A stretch of DNA of 64,000 bases, taken from NCBI GenBank assembly GCA_016788495.1, contig JAEUOM010000030.1, positions 2,959 to 66,958 on the forward strand, written 5' to 3'. Shown here in pieces: positions 1 to 12,055 of the stretch. The position numbers were made by a program, and so were the translations under genes. The notes under the pieces were generated by a model that did not search any database, was not told the DNA's origin, and worked only from the letters and a program-made list of their open reading frames with translations. The DNA is from Accumulibacter sp. (GTDB lineage Bacteria; Pseudomonadota; Gammaproteobacteria; Burkholderiales; Rhodocyclaceae). Numbering within the stretch: position 1 is the stretch's first letter; each line of letters opens with the position of its first letter.

Positions 1-255
1 TCATCGCAGTGCTTGCGCATTGAGCGGGATGATCGGTGCCAGCGTGCCGCCGCCCCGGCCAAGCGTCGTATGGCTCGCCGATTTGCTTGGCAGGTTGACT
101 TCCCAAAGCGGCCGCGCTGTCGTCATTGGCTGAGCCGGTGTTGCGACTGCTCCACTGGAATGGCTGCCGGCCGAGGAAGTGAGTTCTCCGGCTGCCGGAA
201 TGGCGCGTATGATTCAGCGTCAGAGCGACTGCCCAGCCAAGGAGGAGAGCGACCG

Positions 256-360
256 ATGAAGGCAGCTTGGACGACCCTCGACGCCGTACGGCGGCCGGTG
301 GTGCCCGCAGCGGGCGGGCAACCGGTGCCGTGCCAGTACGACCCCGGGGTTGCGGCATGA
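256..360 (+). CDS. Putative 34-aa upstream ORF coupled to glgB
   Basis: GGAGGAG at 241-247, ATG at 256; its TGA overlaps the glgB ATG (ATGA 357-360). Confidence 0.3.
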   Translation: MKAAWTTLDAVRRPVVPAAGGQPVPCQYDPGVAA

Positions 361-2321
361 CCACCTGGTGGGGCACGGAGAGCCTCGACGGCAACCCGGC
401 GGACCGTGCTTCGGCCCTCGGTGCGATCGATGTGCACCTGTTCGGTGAAGGGCGGCATTACCGTACCTACGAGCAGCTCGGCGCCCACATCGTGCGGCGC
501 GGCGACGAGCACGGTGTCCGCTTCGCGGTGTGGGCGCCGAACGCGCGCGGGGTCAGCGTCGTCGGCGACTTCAACCACTGGGATGGCCACTGCCATCCGA
601 TGCGCGCACGCGGCAAGTCGGGCATCTGGGAGCTGTTCATCGCCGGACAGGGCCAGGGAACAACCTACAAGTACGAGATCCGCACGGCAACCGGTACGCT
701 GACGCAGAAGACCGATCCGCAGGGCTTTTATGCCGAGAAGCGTCCGCAGACTGCCTCGATCGTCTGGGACACCGGCTTCGGCGCCCGCGGACTGTGGGGC
801 GACGCCGAATGGATGGGCGGTCGCGGCCGGAGCAATCCCCTGCAGCGGCCGATGTCGATCCACGAGGCGCATCTCGGGTCGTGGGCGCGCGTTCCCGGCA
901 GTAACGGCTACCTGAGCTATCGCGATCTCGCTGGCCCGCTCGTTGCCTATCTGCAACGGCAAGGTTACACGCACATCGAACTGCTGCCGATCACCGAACA
1001 TCACCTGGACGCATCGTGGGGCTATCAGGTCAGCGGCATGTTCGCGCCCACCAGCCGCTTCGGGACTCCCGACGATTTCCAGTACTTCGTGGACCAGATG
1101 CATCGCAACGGCATCGGCGTCATCCTAGACTGGGTCCCGGCACACTTTCCCAAGAACGACTGCGGGCTGATCAGGTTCGATGGCACCGCCCTTTACGAGT
1201 ACGCTGACGACCGGATGGGCGAGCACCGGACGTGGGGCACCAAGGTCTTCAACTTCAGGCGCAAACAGGTCGTGCAGTTCCTGATCAACAGCGCGCTCTT
1301 CTGGCTGGACCGCTACCACATCGACGGACTGCGGGTCGATGCGGTATCGGCCATGCTCTATCGCGATTACGAGCGCCAGGACTGGCTGCCCAACGAGCAC
1401 GGCGGCCGCGAGAACCTGGAAGCGATCGACTTCCTTCGCCGCCTGAACGAAAAGGTGTACGAGCTGCACCCCGGCGTCGTCACCATCGCCGAGGAGTCAA
1501 CGGCCTTCCCGATGGTCAGCCGCCCCACCTACCTCGGTGGCCTCGGCTTCACCTTCAAGTGGAACATGGGCTGGATGCACGATACGCTCGACTACATCGC
1601 CCATGATCCCGTCCACCGCAAGTACCACCACCAGAAGCTGACCTTCGGCCTGATGTACGCGTTCAACGAGAACTTCATCCTGCCGATCTCGCACGACGAA
1701 GTCGTCCACCTGAAAAAGGCGATGCTCGCCAAGATGCCCGGCGACCAATGGCAGAAGTTCGCCAACCTGCGCCTGTACTACGGCTTCATGTGGACGCATC
1801 CGGGCAAGAAGCTGCTCTTCATGGGCCAGGACTTCGGTCAGTGGCGCGAATGGAGCGAGGATCGCAGCCTCGACTGGCACCTGACCGAAGCCGGCGGCGC
1901 GCCGCACGACCGCGAGCCGCATCTGCGGCTGCAGGACTGGCTTGCCGACCTCAACTGGCTCTACACCAGCGAACCGGCTCTGTACGAGCAGGATTGCGAG
2001 CGCCAGGGCTTCGAGTGGATCGATGCCTCCGACTGGGAGCACAGCGTCCTCTCGTACATCCGGCGCGCCAGGAATCGCGATGACTGTCTGCTCGTCGTCG
2101 CCAACTTCACGCCACTCGTGCGCCAGTGCTATCGCCTCGGCGTGCCGGCGCTGACGACCTACCGCGAAGTGTTGAACAGCGATGCTGCCAGGTACCACGG
2201 CAGCGACCTGCACAATCGGGGTCCGCTGCCAGCCGGCGACCTGCAGTGGCAATCGCAGCCGTATTCGATCGAGATCACGCTGCCGCCCCTGGCCGTGGTG
2301 ATCCTCAGGCCGGAACGTTGA
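357..2321 (+). CDS. glgB: 1,4-alpha-glucan branching enzyme (GH13)
   Basis: [38 protein letters not shown] motifs; ATG 357 chosen. Confidence 0.95.
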   Translation: MTTWWGTESLDGNPADRASALGAIDVHLFGEGRHYRTYEQLGAHIVRRGDEHGVRFAVWAPNARGVSVVGDFNHWDGHCHPMRARGKSGIWELFIAGQGQGTTYKYEIRTATGTLTQKTDPQGFYAEKRPQTASIVWDTGFGARGLWGDAEWMGGRGRSNPLQRPMSIHEAHLGSWARVPGSNGYLSYRDLAGPLVAYLQRQGYTHIELLPITEHHLDASWGYQVSGMFAPTSRFGTPDDFQYFVDQMHRNGIGVILDWVPAHFPKNDCGLIRFDGTALYEYADDRMGEHRTWGTKVFNFRRKQVVQFLINSALFWLDRYHIDGLRVDAVSAMLYRDYERQDWLPNEHGGRENLEAIDFLRRLNEKVYELHPGVVTIAEESTAFPMVSRPTYLGGLGFTFKWNMGWMHDTLDYIAHDPVHRKYHHQKLTFGLMYAFNENFILPISHDEVVHLKKAMLAKMPGDQWQKFANLRLYYGFMWTHPGKKLLFMGQDFGQWREWSEDRSLDWHLTEAGGAPHDREPHLRLQDWLADLNWLYTSEPALYEQDCERQGFEWIDASDWEHSVLSYIRRARNRDDCLLVVANFTPLVRQCYRLGVPALTTYREVLNSDAARYHGSDLHNRGPLPAGDLQWQSQPYSIEITLPPLAVVILRPER

Positions 2322-2440
2322 CCATGAGCAGGCTGCGGCCGGGGTCGCGCCACTGCGGCCGCAGCGCCCTTCCGGAGATCGGCCGGATTGCCGCAGCCGG
2401 GCTCCCTGACCGCCTTGCTGCCCCCCGGAGCTGACCGGAG

Positions 2441-3376
2441 ATGCCGCTGGTGCCAATCGATTCGCTCACGACCAGCAGCGAAATCATCACCGGGCTTTCT
2501 GCCGCGCAGGCCAGCATCTCGCCGAAATACTTCTACGATGCCGCGGGTTCGGCGCTCTTCGAGCAGATCACGCAGCTTCCCGAGTACTACCTCACCCGCA
2601 CCGAGCGTGCCATCATGGCGACCCACGCCGACACCCTGGCGCTGCGCATTGCTCCCGGCGCGACGGTGATCGAAGCCGGCGCCGGCAGCTGCGAAAAGGC
2701 GCGCACCCTTTGCGCGACGATCCGTCCGCACTGCTTCGTCGGCGTCGACATTGCCGCCGATTTCCTGCAGCGGGCCGTCGCCGGTCTGCGCCGGGAATTT
2801 CCATCGCTCGACGTGCGCTCCGTGGTCGCCGACCTGATGGACGAAATCGTCCTGCCGGTCGACCTGCCACCCGGCCGACGGCTCGTGTTCTATCCTGGCT
2901 CATCGATCGGGAATTTCGCTCCGGACGCAGCGCTTGGCCTACTGCGACGAATGCGCCGCCTCACGGAAGCGGATGGCGCGCTGCTGATCGGCGTCGACCT
3001 GGTCAAGAGCAAGGCCATCCTAGAAGCTGCCTATGATGACGCCGCCGGCGTGACGGCCGCTTTCAACCTGAACGTGCTGCGGCACGTCAACCGCTTGCTG
3101 ACTGCCGACTTCGATGTCGCGCACTGGCGCCACCGTTCCTTCTTCAACGAGGAGCAGTCGCGCATCGAGATGCATCTCGAAGCCCGGTGCGCGACCCGGG
3201 TGTCGTGGCCAACCGGCTGCCGCAGCTTTCACCGCGCCGAGCGCATCCATACCGAGAACAGCTACAAGTACCGCGTCGCCGATTTTGCCGAGCTGCTCAG
3301 GCGCGCCGGCTTTGCGCGGCAGGTGTGCTGGACCGACGCGCAACAATGGTTTGCGGTCTTTCTCGCCGAGCCTTGA
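2441..3376 (+). CDS. egtD: L-histidine N-alpha-methyltransferase
   Basis: PKYFYD, LPEYYLTRTE, GSSIGNF, AYDDAAGVTAAFNLN, IHTENSYKY; adjacent to egtB. Confidence 0.93.
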   Translation: MPLVPIDSLTTSSEIITGLSAAQASISPKYFYDAAGSALFEQITQLPEYYLTRTERAIMATHADTLALRIAPGATVIEAGAGSCEKARTLCATIRPHCFVGVDIAADFLQRAVAGLRREFPSLDVRSVVADLMDEIVLPVDLPPGRRLVFYPGSSIGNFAPDAALGLLRRMRRLTEADGALLIGVDLVKSKAILEAAYDDAAGVTAAFNLNVLRHVNRLLTADFDVAHWRHRSFFNEEQSRIEMHLEARCATRVSWPTGCRSFHRAERIHTENSYKYRVADFAELLRRAGFARQVCWTDAQQWFAVFLAEP

Positions 3377-3400
3377 AGCCAATTCCCGGAGAACTGCCCG

Positions 3401-4654
3401 ATGACGCCTGACGAAATCTCCGCCCACTACCGGCTGGTGCGAAACGGCAGCGTCGAGCTGAGTGCTCCGCTGTCGGTTGAGGACTGTTGCGTGCAGTCGA
3501 TGCCGGACGCCAGCCCGGTGAAATGGCACCTCGCCCACACCACCTGGTTCTTCGAGACCTTCATCCTGGAACGTTGGGAGCGCGGCTTCCGGCCGTTTCA
3601 CGAAGCCTTTCGCGTCCTCTACAACTCCTACTACAACGCCGTCGGCGACAGGCATCCGCGACCGCAGCGCGGCCTCCTGACCCAACCGACACTGGCTACC
3701 GTCCTTGCCTACCGCGCCGATGTCGATCGCCGCATGGCGACGCTGCTGGTCGCAGGCGAAGGCGGCGCCGAACTGCTGGCACTGGTTGCCCTCGGGCTGC
3801 AGCATGAGCAGCAGCACCAGGAACTGATCCTGACCGACCTCAAGCATCTCTTCTCGCTCAATCCCCTGGCGCCCGCCTACGGACCGCCGCCACCTGCGGC
3901 CGCGGCGGCTGCCGCGCTCGACTGGCGCGCCTTTGCCGGTGGCGTCGTCGCCATCGGCCATGCCGGCCGTGACTTCTGCTTCGACAACGAAACGCCGCGC
4001 CACCGCGTCTTCCTCGAGCCTTACGAGCTCGCGTCACGCCTCGTCAGCAACGGCGAGTTCCTTCGGTTCATCGAGGCGGGCGGCTATGCGGACCCGACCC
4101 ACTGGCTGGCCGAGGGGTGGGACTGGCGACTGGCGAACGACCGCCAGCATCCGCTCTACTGGCGGCACGGACACGACTGGCAGGAGTTCACGCTCGGCGG
4201 CCTGTTACCCCTCGACCGCCAGCGGCCGGTGGTCCATGTCTCGTACTACGAGGCCGATGCCTACGCACGCTGGGCCGCGGCGCGGCTGCCGACCGAGGCG
4301 GAATGGGAGAACGCCGCTGCCGACCTCCCGGTCGCCGGCCACTTCGCCGGTCGCCGGCAGTACCACCCGTCTCCTGCCACGACCGGCGGCCTGCAGCAGT
4401 TCTTTGGCGACGCCTGGGAGTGGACCTGCTCGAGCTACGCGCCCTATCCCGGCTTTCGTCCGGGAGCCGGCGCGGTCGGCGAGTACAACGGCAAGTTCAT
4501 GGTCAACCAGTATGTGCTGAGGGGCGGATCCTGTGTCACCCCCGAAGGCCATCTGCGCACAACCTACCGCAATTTCTTCCCGGCCGCGGCATGCTGGCAG
4601 TTCTCGTCCATCCGCCTGGCGCGCGACGCTGACGCCGTCGAACCCGACGCGTGA
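3401..4654 (+). CDS. egtB: Ergothioneine biosynthesis sulfoxide synthase (DinB + FGE-like)
   Basis: QSMPDASPVKWHLAHTTWFFE, HEQQHQE iron motif, RLPTEAEWE, YNGKFM, YRNFF. Confidence 0.93.
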   Translation: MTPDEISAHYRLVRNGSVELSAPLSVEDCCVQSMPDASPVKWHLAHTTWFFETFILERWERGFRPFHEAFRVLYNSYYNAVGDRHPRPQRGLLTQPTLATVLAYRADVDRRMATLLVAGEGGAELLALVALGLQHEQQHQELILTDLKHLFSLNPLAPAYGPPPPAAAAAAALDWRAFAGGVVAIGHAGRDFCFDNETPRHRVFLEPYELASRLVSNGEFLRFIEAGGYADPTHWLAEGWDWRLANDRQHPLYWRHGHDWQEFTLGGLLPLDRQRPVVHVSYYEADAYARWAAARLPTEAEWENAAADLPVAGHFAGRRQYHPSPATTGGLQQFFGDAWEWTCSSYAPYPGFRPGAGAVGEYNGKFMVNQYVLRGGSCVTPEGHLRTTYRNFFPAAACWQFSSIRLARDADAVEPDA

Positions 4655-4738
4655 CCGGGAGCGGCGGCAGCGCAGGCCAAGCGCCTTTGCGTATCCGCCA
4701 GCGGACGGGTCGCCCGGGAGGTTTCGGCTTGCCGATCC

Positions 4739-5404
4739 TCAGGACGCGCCGGCCTGCTGCTGCCTTGCCAGGCGGGGCGCCCGCAACGCCTGGCCGACGT
4801 GGCAATCGTGCTGGTGATTGTTCACCAGCCCCATCGCCTGCATGAACGCGTACACCGTGGTCGGACCGACGAATTGCCAACCCCTCTGCCGCAGGTCCCT
4901 GGCGAGCGCCAGCGACTCGGGGCACTGGGTGAGCGTTTGCAGGTACTCCCGGGTGAGATCCTGCGGCCGGCCGCTGAGCTCAACCTCAAAACGCCAGAAG
5001 TACGCCGACAGGCTGCCAAACTCCTCCTGCAGCGCCAGCGCTCGAGCGGCATTGTTGATTGTCGCCACAATCTTGCCACGATGGCGGACGATCGCCTCGT
5101 TGCACAGCAGCTGCGCCACCTCCGGTTCGCCAAATGCCGCCACACGCTGTGCGTCGAAACCCGCGAAAGCCTGGCGAAACGACTCGCGCTTCCTGAGTAT
5201 CGTCAACCAGCTCAGGCCGGACTGGAAACCCTCGAGGCAGATCTTCTCGAAGAGCCGGCGGTCGTCGGTCACCGGCTGGCCCCATTCGTGGTCGTGATAG
5301 TCGATCAGGAGCGCGGACTGCTGGCACCAGCAGCAGCGCACGGGTTGCTGCCCCGACGACTCCGCCGCGCTCGCTGACAACCCGTTCTGCGCCGGCAGCG
5401 GCAT
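4739..5404 (-). CDS. tag: DNA-3-methyladenine glycosylase I
   Basis: YHDHEWG, LEGFQSGLSWLTIL, FVGPTTVYAFMQAMG, NNHQHDC. Confidence 0.93.
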   Translation of the reverse strand: MPLPAQNGLSASAAESSGQQPVRCCWCQQSALLIDYHDHEWGQPVTDDRRLFEKICLEGFQSGLSWLTILRKRESFRQAFAGFDAQRVAAFGEPEVAQLLCNEAIVRHRGKIVATINNAARALALQEEFGSLSAYFWRFEVELSGRPQDLTREYLQTLTQCPESLALARDLRQRGWQFVGPTTVYAFMQAMGLVNNHQHDCHVGQALRAPRLARQQQAGAS

Positions 5405-5411
5405 GGCCGGC

Positions 5412-7610
5412 TCAGACAACCCGTCGCAGCAGCGCTGCCAGGGCTGCTGGATCGGTCAGCGGCAGATCGCAGCGGCCCTGATGGCAGACGTACGCGGCCG
5501 CGCGACCCGCCCGGGCACGCTTGCCGCGAACGAAAGGGATACTGTCGGCGAGCGAATCGATCGCCGACTCGGCGCCGCCGGCAAACGCGTGCGCCGGCAG
5601 AAGGGTTCGCCGCAGGACGTCGAGCAGCGGAGCCGCCGTGGCCGCCGCACCATCCGGCCAGACGATGACGATCTCGAGCGCCGTCGCGGCGTGGAACTCG
5701 ACGGCGAGCAGCGCCTCGCCCATGCTGAACGGCCGCTCGGTGAGCACCGCCGCATGGGCCAGCAACGCACGTTCGGCGAGCTGCCGCCAGGGATCGGCGC
5801 CGGTGAAGACAGCCAGTCGCAGCACATTCATCAGGGCAACCGAGGTGCCTGATGGCTCGGCGCCATCGTAGGCAGGTTTCTCGCGCGCGATCAGGGTCTC
5901 GTGCTCGTGACTGGTCATGAACCAGCCGCCGGCCGGATCGGCGAACAGGGCCTCGGTGGCGTCGGCAAGCAGCAGCGCGTGGCGCAGGTAGCGCGGCTCG
6001 AAGCTCGCCTCGTAGAGGTCGATGAGGCCAGCGACGAGAAAGGCGTGGTCGTCGAGGAAGGCATCCTGTCGCGCCTGCCCGTCCTTGTAGCAGCGCTGCA
6101 GCCGCCCAGCCGGACCGCGCAGCCGGGTCAGCGCGAAATCCGCCGCCCGCGCGGCAGCCAGCACGTACGGTTGGTGGTCGAAAATCCGGCCCGCCAGCGC
6201 CAAAGCCGAGATCATCAGGCCATTCCAGGAAGCCAGAACCTTGTCGTCACGCAGGGGCCGGACACGCCTGGCGCGCACCTCGTACAGCCGCGCGCGGGCG
6301 CCGGCGAGCGCTGCCCAGGCCTGCTCGTCGGGCTGCGGAACGTGCAGTATGTTGCTCCCCGCCCAGTTGCCGCCACGACGAACACCGTAATGCGCGAGAA
6401 ACCGGCGGGTCGTCGCCTCGCCCAGGGAAGCGAGTTCGTGCCGGATCTCGCTTTCGCTCCAGACGAAGAAACGCCCCTCGACGCCTTCCGAATCGGCGTC
6501 CGTGGCGCTCCGGAAGCCGCCGTCCGCGTCGCTCATCTCGCGCAGCACGTAGTCGCAGATTTCCCGCGCGACGCGCGCGAAATCCGCGCGGCCCGTCAGC
6601 TGGAAGGCTTCGGCGTAGGCGACGACAAGCAGGGCATTGTCGTAGAGCATCTTCTCGAAGTGTGGCAGCAGCCACTCGCCGTCGGTCGAATAGCGGTGAA
6701 AACCACCGGCCAGCTGATCGTAGACGCCACCCGCCGCCATCCTCTCCAGGGTGAGCACCGCCATGTGCAGCGATGCGGCGTCGCCGCTGCGCCGGTGGTG
6801 CCGCAGGAGCAGCCGCAACGGGAGATGGGAAGGAAACTTCGGCAACCGGCGCAGACCACCGTGGACCTCGTCGAAGAGCGGGCGGAAATGGCCGACCGTC
6901 GCGTCGACCAAGTCGCGGCCCGGCAACGACCACTGTCCGGACGCTGCCGGCGAGCCGGGACTGCCGTGCAGGTCGAGACGAATCGCCTGCACCATGGCGG
7001 TGCACGCTTGGCGCACGCGCTGCGGGTCGCGCTGGAAGATATCGGACAAAGCCTGCAGGAGTGAAAGGAACCCCAGCCGCGCGCCACGCTCGCCATCACG
7101 CGGCGGGAAGTAGGTCCCACCGTAGAAGGGCTCGCGGGCGGCGCTCAGCCAGACGCTCATCGGCCAGCCACCGGAGCCGGTGAGTTGCTGCACGGCGCTC
7201 ATGTACACCGCGTCGATGTCCGGCCGCTCTTCGCGATCGACCTTGACCGCGACATAGTGGCTGTTCAGGAAACCAGCGACTTCTTCGTCCTCGAAGGACT
7301 CGCTCTCCATGACGTGACACCAGTGACAGGTCGAATAGCCGATCGACAGGAATACCGGTCGACCGAGCCGTGCCGCTTCGACAAAGGCCTCGTCGCCCCA
7401 GGGAAACCAGTTCACCGGATTGTGCGCGTGCTGCAGCAGGTACGGGCTGCTCTCCAGCAGCAGCCGGTTGCTGAAGCGCGGCCGGCCCTGCTCGTCGCGG
7501 TGCTGCGTGCGCGGCGCACAGTCCGGGCCGAGGCCGGCCAGGGCGCGCGCCAGCCTCTGCTGCAGAGGCAGGGCAAAGGGTTCGCTTCCGGGCAGCACGG
7601 CAGCTTGCAC
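5412..7610 (-). CDS. Thioredoxin-domain protein, YyaL/SSP411 (DUF255) family
   Basis: [43 protein letters not shown]; GTG start at 7610 after GGAG assumed. Confidence 0.88.
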   Translation of the reverse strand: MQAAVLPGSEPFALPLQQRLARALAGLGPDCAPRTQHRDEQGRPRFSNRLLLESSPYLLQHAHNPVNWFPWGDEAFVEAARLGRPVFLSIGYSTCHWCHVMESESFEDEEVAGFLNSHYVAVKVDREERPDIDAVYMSAVQQLTGSGGWPMSVWLSAAREPFYGGTYFPPRDGERGARLGFLSLLQALSDIFQRDPQRVRQACTAMVQAIRLDLHGSPGSPAASGQWSLPGRDLVDATVGHFRPLFDEVHGGLRRLPKFPSHLPLRLLLRHHRRSGDAASLHMAVLTLERMAAGGVYDQLAGGFHRYSTDGEWLLPHFEKMLYDNALLVVAYAEAFQLTGRADFARVAREICDYVLREMSDADGGFRSATDADSEGVEGRFFVWSESEIRHELASLGEATTRRFLAHYGVRRGGNWAGSNILHVPQPDEQAWAALAGARARLYEVRARRVRPLRDDKVLASWNGLMISALALAGRIFDHQPYVLAAARAADFALTRLRGPAGRLQRCYKDGQARQDAFLDDHAFLVAGLIDLYEASFEPRYLRHALLLADATEALFADPAGGWFMTSHEHETLIAREKPAYDGAEPSGTSVALMNVLRLAVFTGADPWRQLAERALLAHAAVLTERPFSMGEALLAVEFHAATALEIVIVWPDGAAATAAPLLDVLRRTLLPAHAFAGGAESAIDSLADSIPFVRGKRARAGRAAAYVCHQGRCDLPLTDPAALAALLRRVV

Positions 7611-7884
7611 TCGGCTCTCCAGATCAGGCGCCAGACCACTCCGCACGGCCGGATGTCCGGTGGCGAAGAACGGACACCGAACGCCGCCGGTGTGGCCCCG
7701 AAGCACAGGCGGGCACGGCAGCCACGGCCGGCCGCGGCGCGCGGTGGATCGCGCCACGCCCCGCATTGTCTGCGGCCGCACCCGTTTCAGCAAGAGGGGC
7801 TGGCGCCAGCGCGACGAGCAATCTCCGGCTGGCCGTGGCTGCGCGCTGCCAGCGACGCCCGATTCGCGCTGCCGAGGCGAACGC

Positions 7885-8751
7885 TCACTCGAGGTTCTGC
7901 ACCTGTTCCCGCATCTGCTCGATGAGCAGCTTGAACTCGATGGCTGTCTGCGACACTTCTGCCACCAGCGACTTCGAACCGAGGGTATTCGCCTCGCGAT
8001 TGAGTTCCTGCATCAGGAAATCGAGTCGCTTGCCGGTCGCTCCGCCGACCGCGAGGACGCGTTCGACTTCGTCGAGGTGGGTCGCCAGTCGGGCAAGTTC
8101 CTCGGCAACGTCGATGCGGGCGGCAAAGACGGCGACCTCCTGCCGGATTCGTTCATCGTCGACGACCTGCAGCGCGTCGAGCAAACGCTGTCGCAGCTTG
8201 TCGTTGAATGCTGCCTGCGCGGCCGGGATGCGCGGCGCCACCTCGCGCACCAGCAGGCGCATGCGGGCGAGCCGCGCGCGGATCACTGCCGCCAGTTTCT
8301 CCCCCTCGCGCGCCCGGCTGGCGGCGAAATCGTCAAGCGACTCGGCAGCCAGTGCCAGGCACGCCGGCATCAGGGTCGCCAGGTCGATCATGTCCTCGCC
8401 GAACACTCCGGGCCAGCGCAGGACGTCGCTCACGCTCAGCGGCGCTGCCAGCGGCAAGCTCCGGCGCACCAGCTCGTCGAAGCATCTGAGACGTTCGAGC
8501 ACTTCGTTGTTGAGCCCGAGCTGCTGACCACCACCAGTCGCCGAGATGAAGCTGACACGGCACTCGATCTTGCCACGGCTGATGCGGTTGGCCAACAACT
8601 CGCGCAATGCCGCCTCGGCGACGCGCAAGTCGTCGCTGACGCGGAAGATGACGTCCAAGTAGCGGGAGTTGACGCTTTTCAGCTCGAAGTGCAGGGTGCC
8701 CCCCTTGACGGCTCTGGTCCTGGCGGCGTAGCCGGTCATGCTGTAGATCAT
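7885..8751 (-). CDS. yicC: YicC/YloC family endoribonuclease
   Basis: [50 protein letters not shown]. Confidence 0.93.
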   Translation of the reverse strand: MIYSMTGYAARTRAVKGGTLHFELKSVNSRYLDVIFRVSDDLRVAEAALRELLANRISRGKIECRVSFISATGGGQQLGLNNEVLERLRCFDELVRRSLPLAAPLSVSDVLRWPGVFGEDMIDLATLMPACLALAAESLDDFAASRAREGEKLAAVIRARLARMRLLVREVAPRIPAAQAAFNDKLRQRLLDALQVVDDERIRQEVAVFAARIDVAEELARLATHLDEVERVLAVGGATGKRLDFLMQELNREANTLGSKSLVAEVSQTAIEFKLLIEQMREQVQNLE

Positions 8752-8854
8752 GAGAATCCTGGCGTACAGAAGGTGATGAATCGGTGGGCAGCTTTACAGC
8801 GCACCCCGAAAACCCGGAAAATGGCCGGAAATTCCAATGATAGCCCCGACACGG

Positions 8855-9814
8855 ATGGCGCAACAAGCGAACCACCCTCTTCCCGCCGGTTTCAAGATCG
8901 ACGAATACTGCATCGAACACCAGCTCTCGATGGGCGGCTTTTCGATCGTATACGTCGCTGCGGACCGTGACCAGAAGCGCGTCGCAATCAAGGAGTACCT
9001 GCCGAACACCCTGGCGCTGCGCAGCGAGGGACGAACGGCGCCGATCATTTCGGAGGAGCATCTGCCCGCCTTCCGGTACGGCATGAAGTGTTTCTTCGAG
9101 GAAGGAAGGACGCTGGCCGGCCTTTCCCACCCCAACGTGATCAGGGTGCTCAATTTCTTCCGTGCCAATGAAACCGTCTATATGGTCATGGAGTACGAAC
9201 ATGGACGGACGCTGCAGGATCTGATCCAGAAGAATCCGGCGGTGGTGACCGAGAACTTCATTCGGAACGTATTCACCAAGATGCTCAATGGCCTGCGTGA
9301 GGTGCACTCGCACCGCCTGCTGCACCTCGACCTCAAGCCGTCGAACATCTACATGCGCAACAGCCACACCCCGGTGCTGATCGACTTCGGCGCCGCCAGG
9401 CAGACCCTCGCCTGTGGTACCGCGATGCTGAAGCCCATGTACACCCCCGGCTTCGCCTCGCCCGAGCACTACAACCGCCGCGATTTGCTCGGTCCGTGGA
9501 GCGACATCTACAGCGTCGGCGCATCGATTTACGCCTGCATCTCGGGCAACACGCCGCAGCCCGCCGACGAGCGCATGGAGAAGGACCGCTTGGTCCCGGC
9601 CATGGTCCGCTGGCAGGGCCTTTTTTCCGATCAGTTGCTCGAGACCATCGACTGGTGCCTGAGCCTCAACCACGGCTACCGTCCACAAAGCGTTTTCGCG
9701 CTGCAGAAAGCCCTGACTGAACCGGTCATCGCGCCCGAACCCACCTCCGTGCAGCAGAAGGACAGCCTGCTGCGGCAGGTCGTGGGCAAGCTGAGGAAGA
9801 CAAGGGACCAATGA
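8855..9814 (+). CDS. Hanks-type serine/threonine protein kinase (soluble)
   Basis: GGFSIVY, VAIKE, HLDLKPSN, DFG, YTPGFASPE, SDIYSVG; alternative start 8837. Confidence 0.92.
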   Translation: MAQQANHPLPAGFKIDEYCIEHQLSMGGFSIVYVAADRDQKRVAIKEYLPNTLALRSEGRTAPIISEEHLPAFRYGMKCFFEEGRTLAGLSHPNVIRVLNFFRANETVYMVMEYEHGRTLQDLIQKNPAVVTENFIRNVFTKMLNGLREVHSHRLLHLDLKPSNIYMRNSHTPVLIDFGAARQTLACGTAMLKPMYTPGFASPEHYNRRDLLGPWSDIYSVGASIYACISGNTPQPADERMEKDRLVPAMVRWQGLFSDQLLETIDWCLSLNHGYRPQSVFALQKALTEPVIAPEPTSVQQKDSLLRQVVGKLRKTRDQ

Positions 9815-10734
9815 AATTCACCATCTACCAGGATTCCCGAACCGGCAAGCGTGCCAACAACGAGGATCGACTGGCCCACTGCTATTCGCGTGAAGCCCTG
9901 CTGATGGTCGTCGCCGACGGTATGGGAGGCCACTATTACGGCGAGGTAGCGGCGCAGATCGCCGTGCAGACCATGACCGAAGCTTTCCCGGGTGAGTTCA
10001 AGCCGCGCGCCCGGGATCCCTTCATGTTTCTCCAGAGGGGCATGCAGAATGCCCATCACGCGATTCTTGACTTTGCCGGCAAGCACCACCTGCTCGACTC
10101 GCCGCGCACCACCTGCGTCGCCTGCATCGTCCAGAACAACGTCGCCTACTGGGCACACTCTGGGGATTCACGGCTCTACCTGATCCGCAACGGGAAGGTT
10201 CTGGCGCAAACCCGGGACCACTCGCGCGTCCGCATGCTGGTCGACCAGGGAGTCATCAGCGAAGCGGACATGATCGCCCATCCCGAACGAAACAAGATTT
10301 ACGGCTGCCTGGGGGGCAAGCAGACGCCGGAGATCGAGTACTCGCGCAAGGCCACCCTCGAGGCTGGTGACCTACTGATCCTGTGCACCGACGGCGTCTG
10401 GAGCGCTTTCCCGGGTGACATGCTGGCGGTTGCGCTGAAGTCCGCCGACCTGATGCGCACGGTACCGACGCTGCTCAACCAAGCCGAGACGCGTGGCGGC
10501 CCAACGGCCGACAACCTCTCGATCATTGCCGTGCGTTGGGGCGACACGTACAGCGACGACAGCGGCCTCGGCAACAGCGGCCTGGTATCGACCAAGACGA
10601 TGCCGCGTGATACGGTGACCACCCGGCTGGACGAATTCGGGCGCCACCCGAACCGCAAGACGGACCTCAGCGACGAGGAGATCGAGCGCGCCATCGACGA
10701 GATCCGTTCGACCATCCAGAAGTACTCGAAATAG
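9811..10734 (+). CDS. PP2C-family serine/threonine phosphatase
   Basis: [28 protein letters not shown]; ATGA overlap with kinase. Confidence 0.92.
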   Translation: MKFTIYQDSRTGKRANNEDRLAHCYSREALLMVVADGMGGHYYGEVAAQIAVQTMTEAFPGEFKPRARDPFMFLQRGMQNAHHAILDFAGKHHLLDSPRTTCVACIVQNNVAYWAHSGDSRLYLIRNGKVLAQTRDHSRVRMLVDQGVISEADMIAHPERNKIYGCLGGKQTPEIEYSRKATLEAGDLLILCTDGVWSAFPGDMLAVALKSADLMRTVPTLLNQAETRGGPTADNLSIIAVRWGDTYSDDSGLGNSGLVSTKTMPRDTVTTRLDEFGRHPNRKTDLSDEEIERAIDEIRSTIQKYSK

Positions 10735-10742
10735 GAGTCTGC

Positions 10743-11471
10743 ATGCGCCCCAGCCAGCGACAGCCGTCACAACTCCGTCCGGTGCGAATTGCCCGCCGCT
10801 TCACCTGTCACGCCGAGGGGTCGGTGCTGATCGAAATCGGCGCAACGCGAGTGCTGTGCACCGCCAGCGTCGAGGACGGTGTGCCGCCATTCCTGCGCGG
10901 CAGTGGACAGGGCTGGGTGACGGCCGAATACGGGATGCTGCCGCGCTCGACCCACACCCGCACCGGGCGCGAGGCGGCCAAGGGCAAACAGAGCGGCCGC
11001 ACGCAGGAGATCCAGCGGCTGGTCGGCCGCGCGCTGCGCGCCGTGACCGATCTGCGGGCGCTCGGCGAACGCCAGATCACCCTCGATTGCGACGTCCTGC
11101 AGGCCGACGGCGGCACCCGCTGCGCCGCGATCACCGGCGCCTGGCTGGCGCTCAACGATGCCTGTGAGCAATTGCTCACTCGCGGCCGGATCGCCTTCAA
11201 TCCGCTGCGCGATCACGTCGCCGCCGTATCGGTGGGGATCTACCGCGGCGTCCCGGTGCTCGATCTCGACTACGCCGAAGACGCCAACTGCGAGACCGAC
11301 ATGAATGTCGTGATGACCGGCAGACGAGGTCTGGTCGAGGTACAGGGCACTGCCGAGGGCACCCCCTTCTCGCGCGACGAGCTGAGCCAGTTGCTCGACC
11401 TCGCCGAAACGGGCATCGTCGAGCTTGTTGGCCAGCAGAAGGCTGCTCTCGGCCAGCGAGAACAGTCATGA
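10743..11471 (+). CDS. rph: Ribonuclease PH
   Basis: [46 protein letters not shown]. Confidence 0.96.
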   Translation: MRPSQRQPSQLRPVRIARRFTCHAEGSVLIEIGATRVLCTASVEDGVPPFLRGSGQGWVTAEYGMLPRSTHTRTGREAAKGKQSGRTQEIQRLVGRALRAVTDLRALGERQITLDCDVLQADGGTRCAAITGAWLALNDACEQLLTRGRIAFNPLRDHVAAVSVGIYRGVPVLDLDYAEDANCETDMNVVMTGRRGLVEVQGTAEGTPFSRDELSQLLDLAETGIVELVGQQKAALGQREQS

Positions 11472-12055
11472 GACTTGTCCTCGCCTCGAACAACAGCAAG
11501 AAACTCGCGGAACTCGGCGCGATCCTCGCGCCGCTGGGCTGGGAACTCGTGCCCCAGGGGCAGCTTGGCGTTGCCGAAGCCGAGGAGCCACACTGCACCT
11601 TCGTCGAGAATGCCCTCGCCAAGGCCCGCCATGCCTCGCGGATGACCGGCCTGCCGGCGCTCGCCGACGACTCCGGACTGTGTGTGGACGCCTTCGGCGG
11701 CGCCCCCGGTGTGCACTCCGCGCGCTTTGCCGGCGAGCCACGATCGGATGCGCGCAACAACCAGAAGCTCCTCGCCGAACTTGGCGACAACGCTCGGCGC
11801 AGCGCCCGCTTCGTCTCGGTGATCGTCTTCGTTCGGCACGCCGACGACCCGCAGCCGATCATTGCCGAGGGCGAATGGGCGGGCGAGATTCTGCCGCAGG
11901 CACGCGGCGACGATGGTTTCGGTTATGACCCGGTGTTCTACCTGCGCGAACTCGAGCGCACCGCCGCCGAACTCGACGCGGCCGAGAAGAACCGCCGGTC
12001 GCACCGGGGCCAGGCTGTGGCCCACCTCGTCGAGCGCCTGCAGAACCGGCGCTGA
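11468..12055 (+). CDS. rdgB: Non-canonical purine NTP pyrophosphatase (Ham1)
   Basis: [40 protein letters not shown]. Confidence 0.95.
   Translation: MRLVLASNNSKKLAELGAILAPLGWELVPQGQLGVAEAEEPHCTFVENALAKARHASRMTGLPALADDSGLCVDAFGGAPGVHSARFAGEPRSDARNNQKLLAELGDNARRSARFVSVIVFVRHADDPQPIIAEGEWAGEILPQARGDDGFGYDPVFYLRELERTAAELDAAEKNRRSHRGQAVAHLVERLQNRR

Noticed and set aside
200-216. TGGCGCG as a sigma-54 promoter upstream of glgB
   Set aside because: No GC at the -12 position with the required spacing
3401-4654. EgtB as selenoneine synthase SenA
   Set aside because: No senB or selD neighbours; paired with egtD
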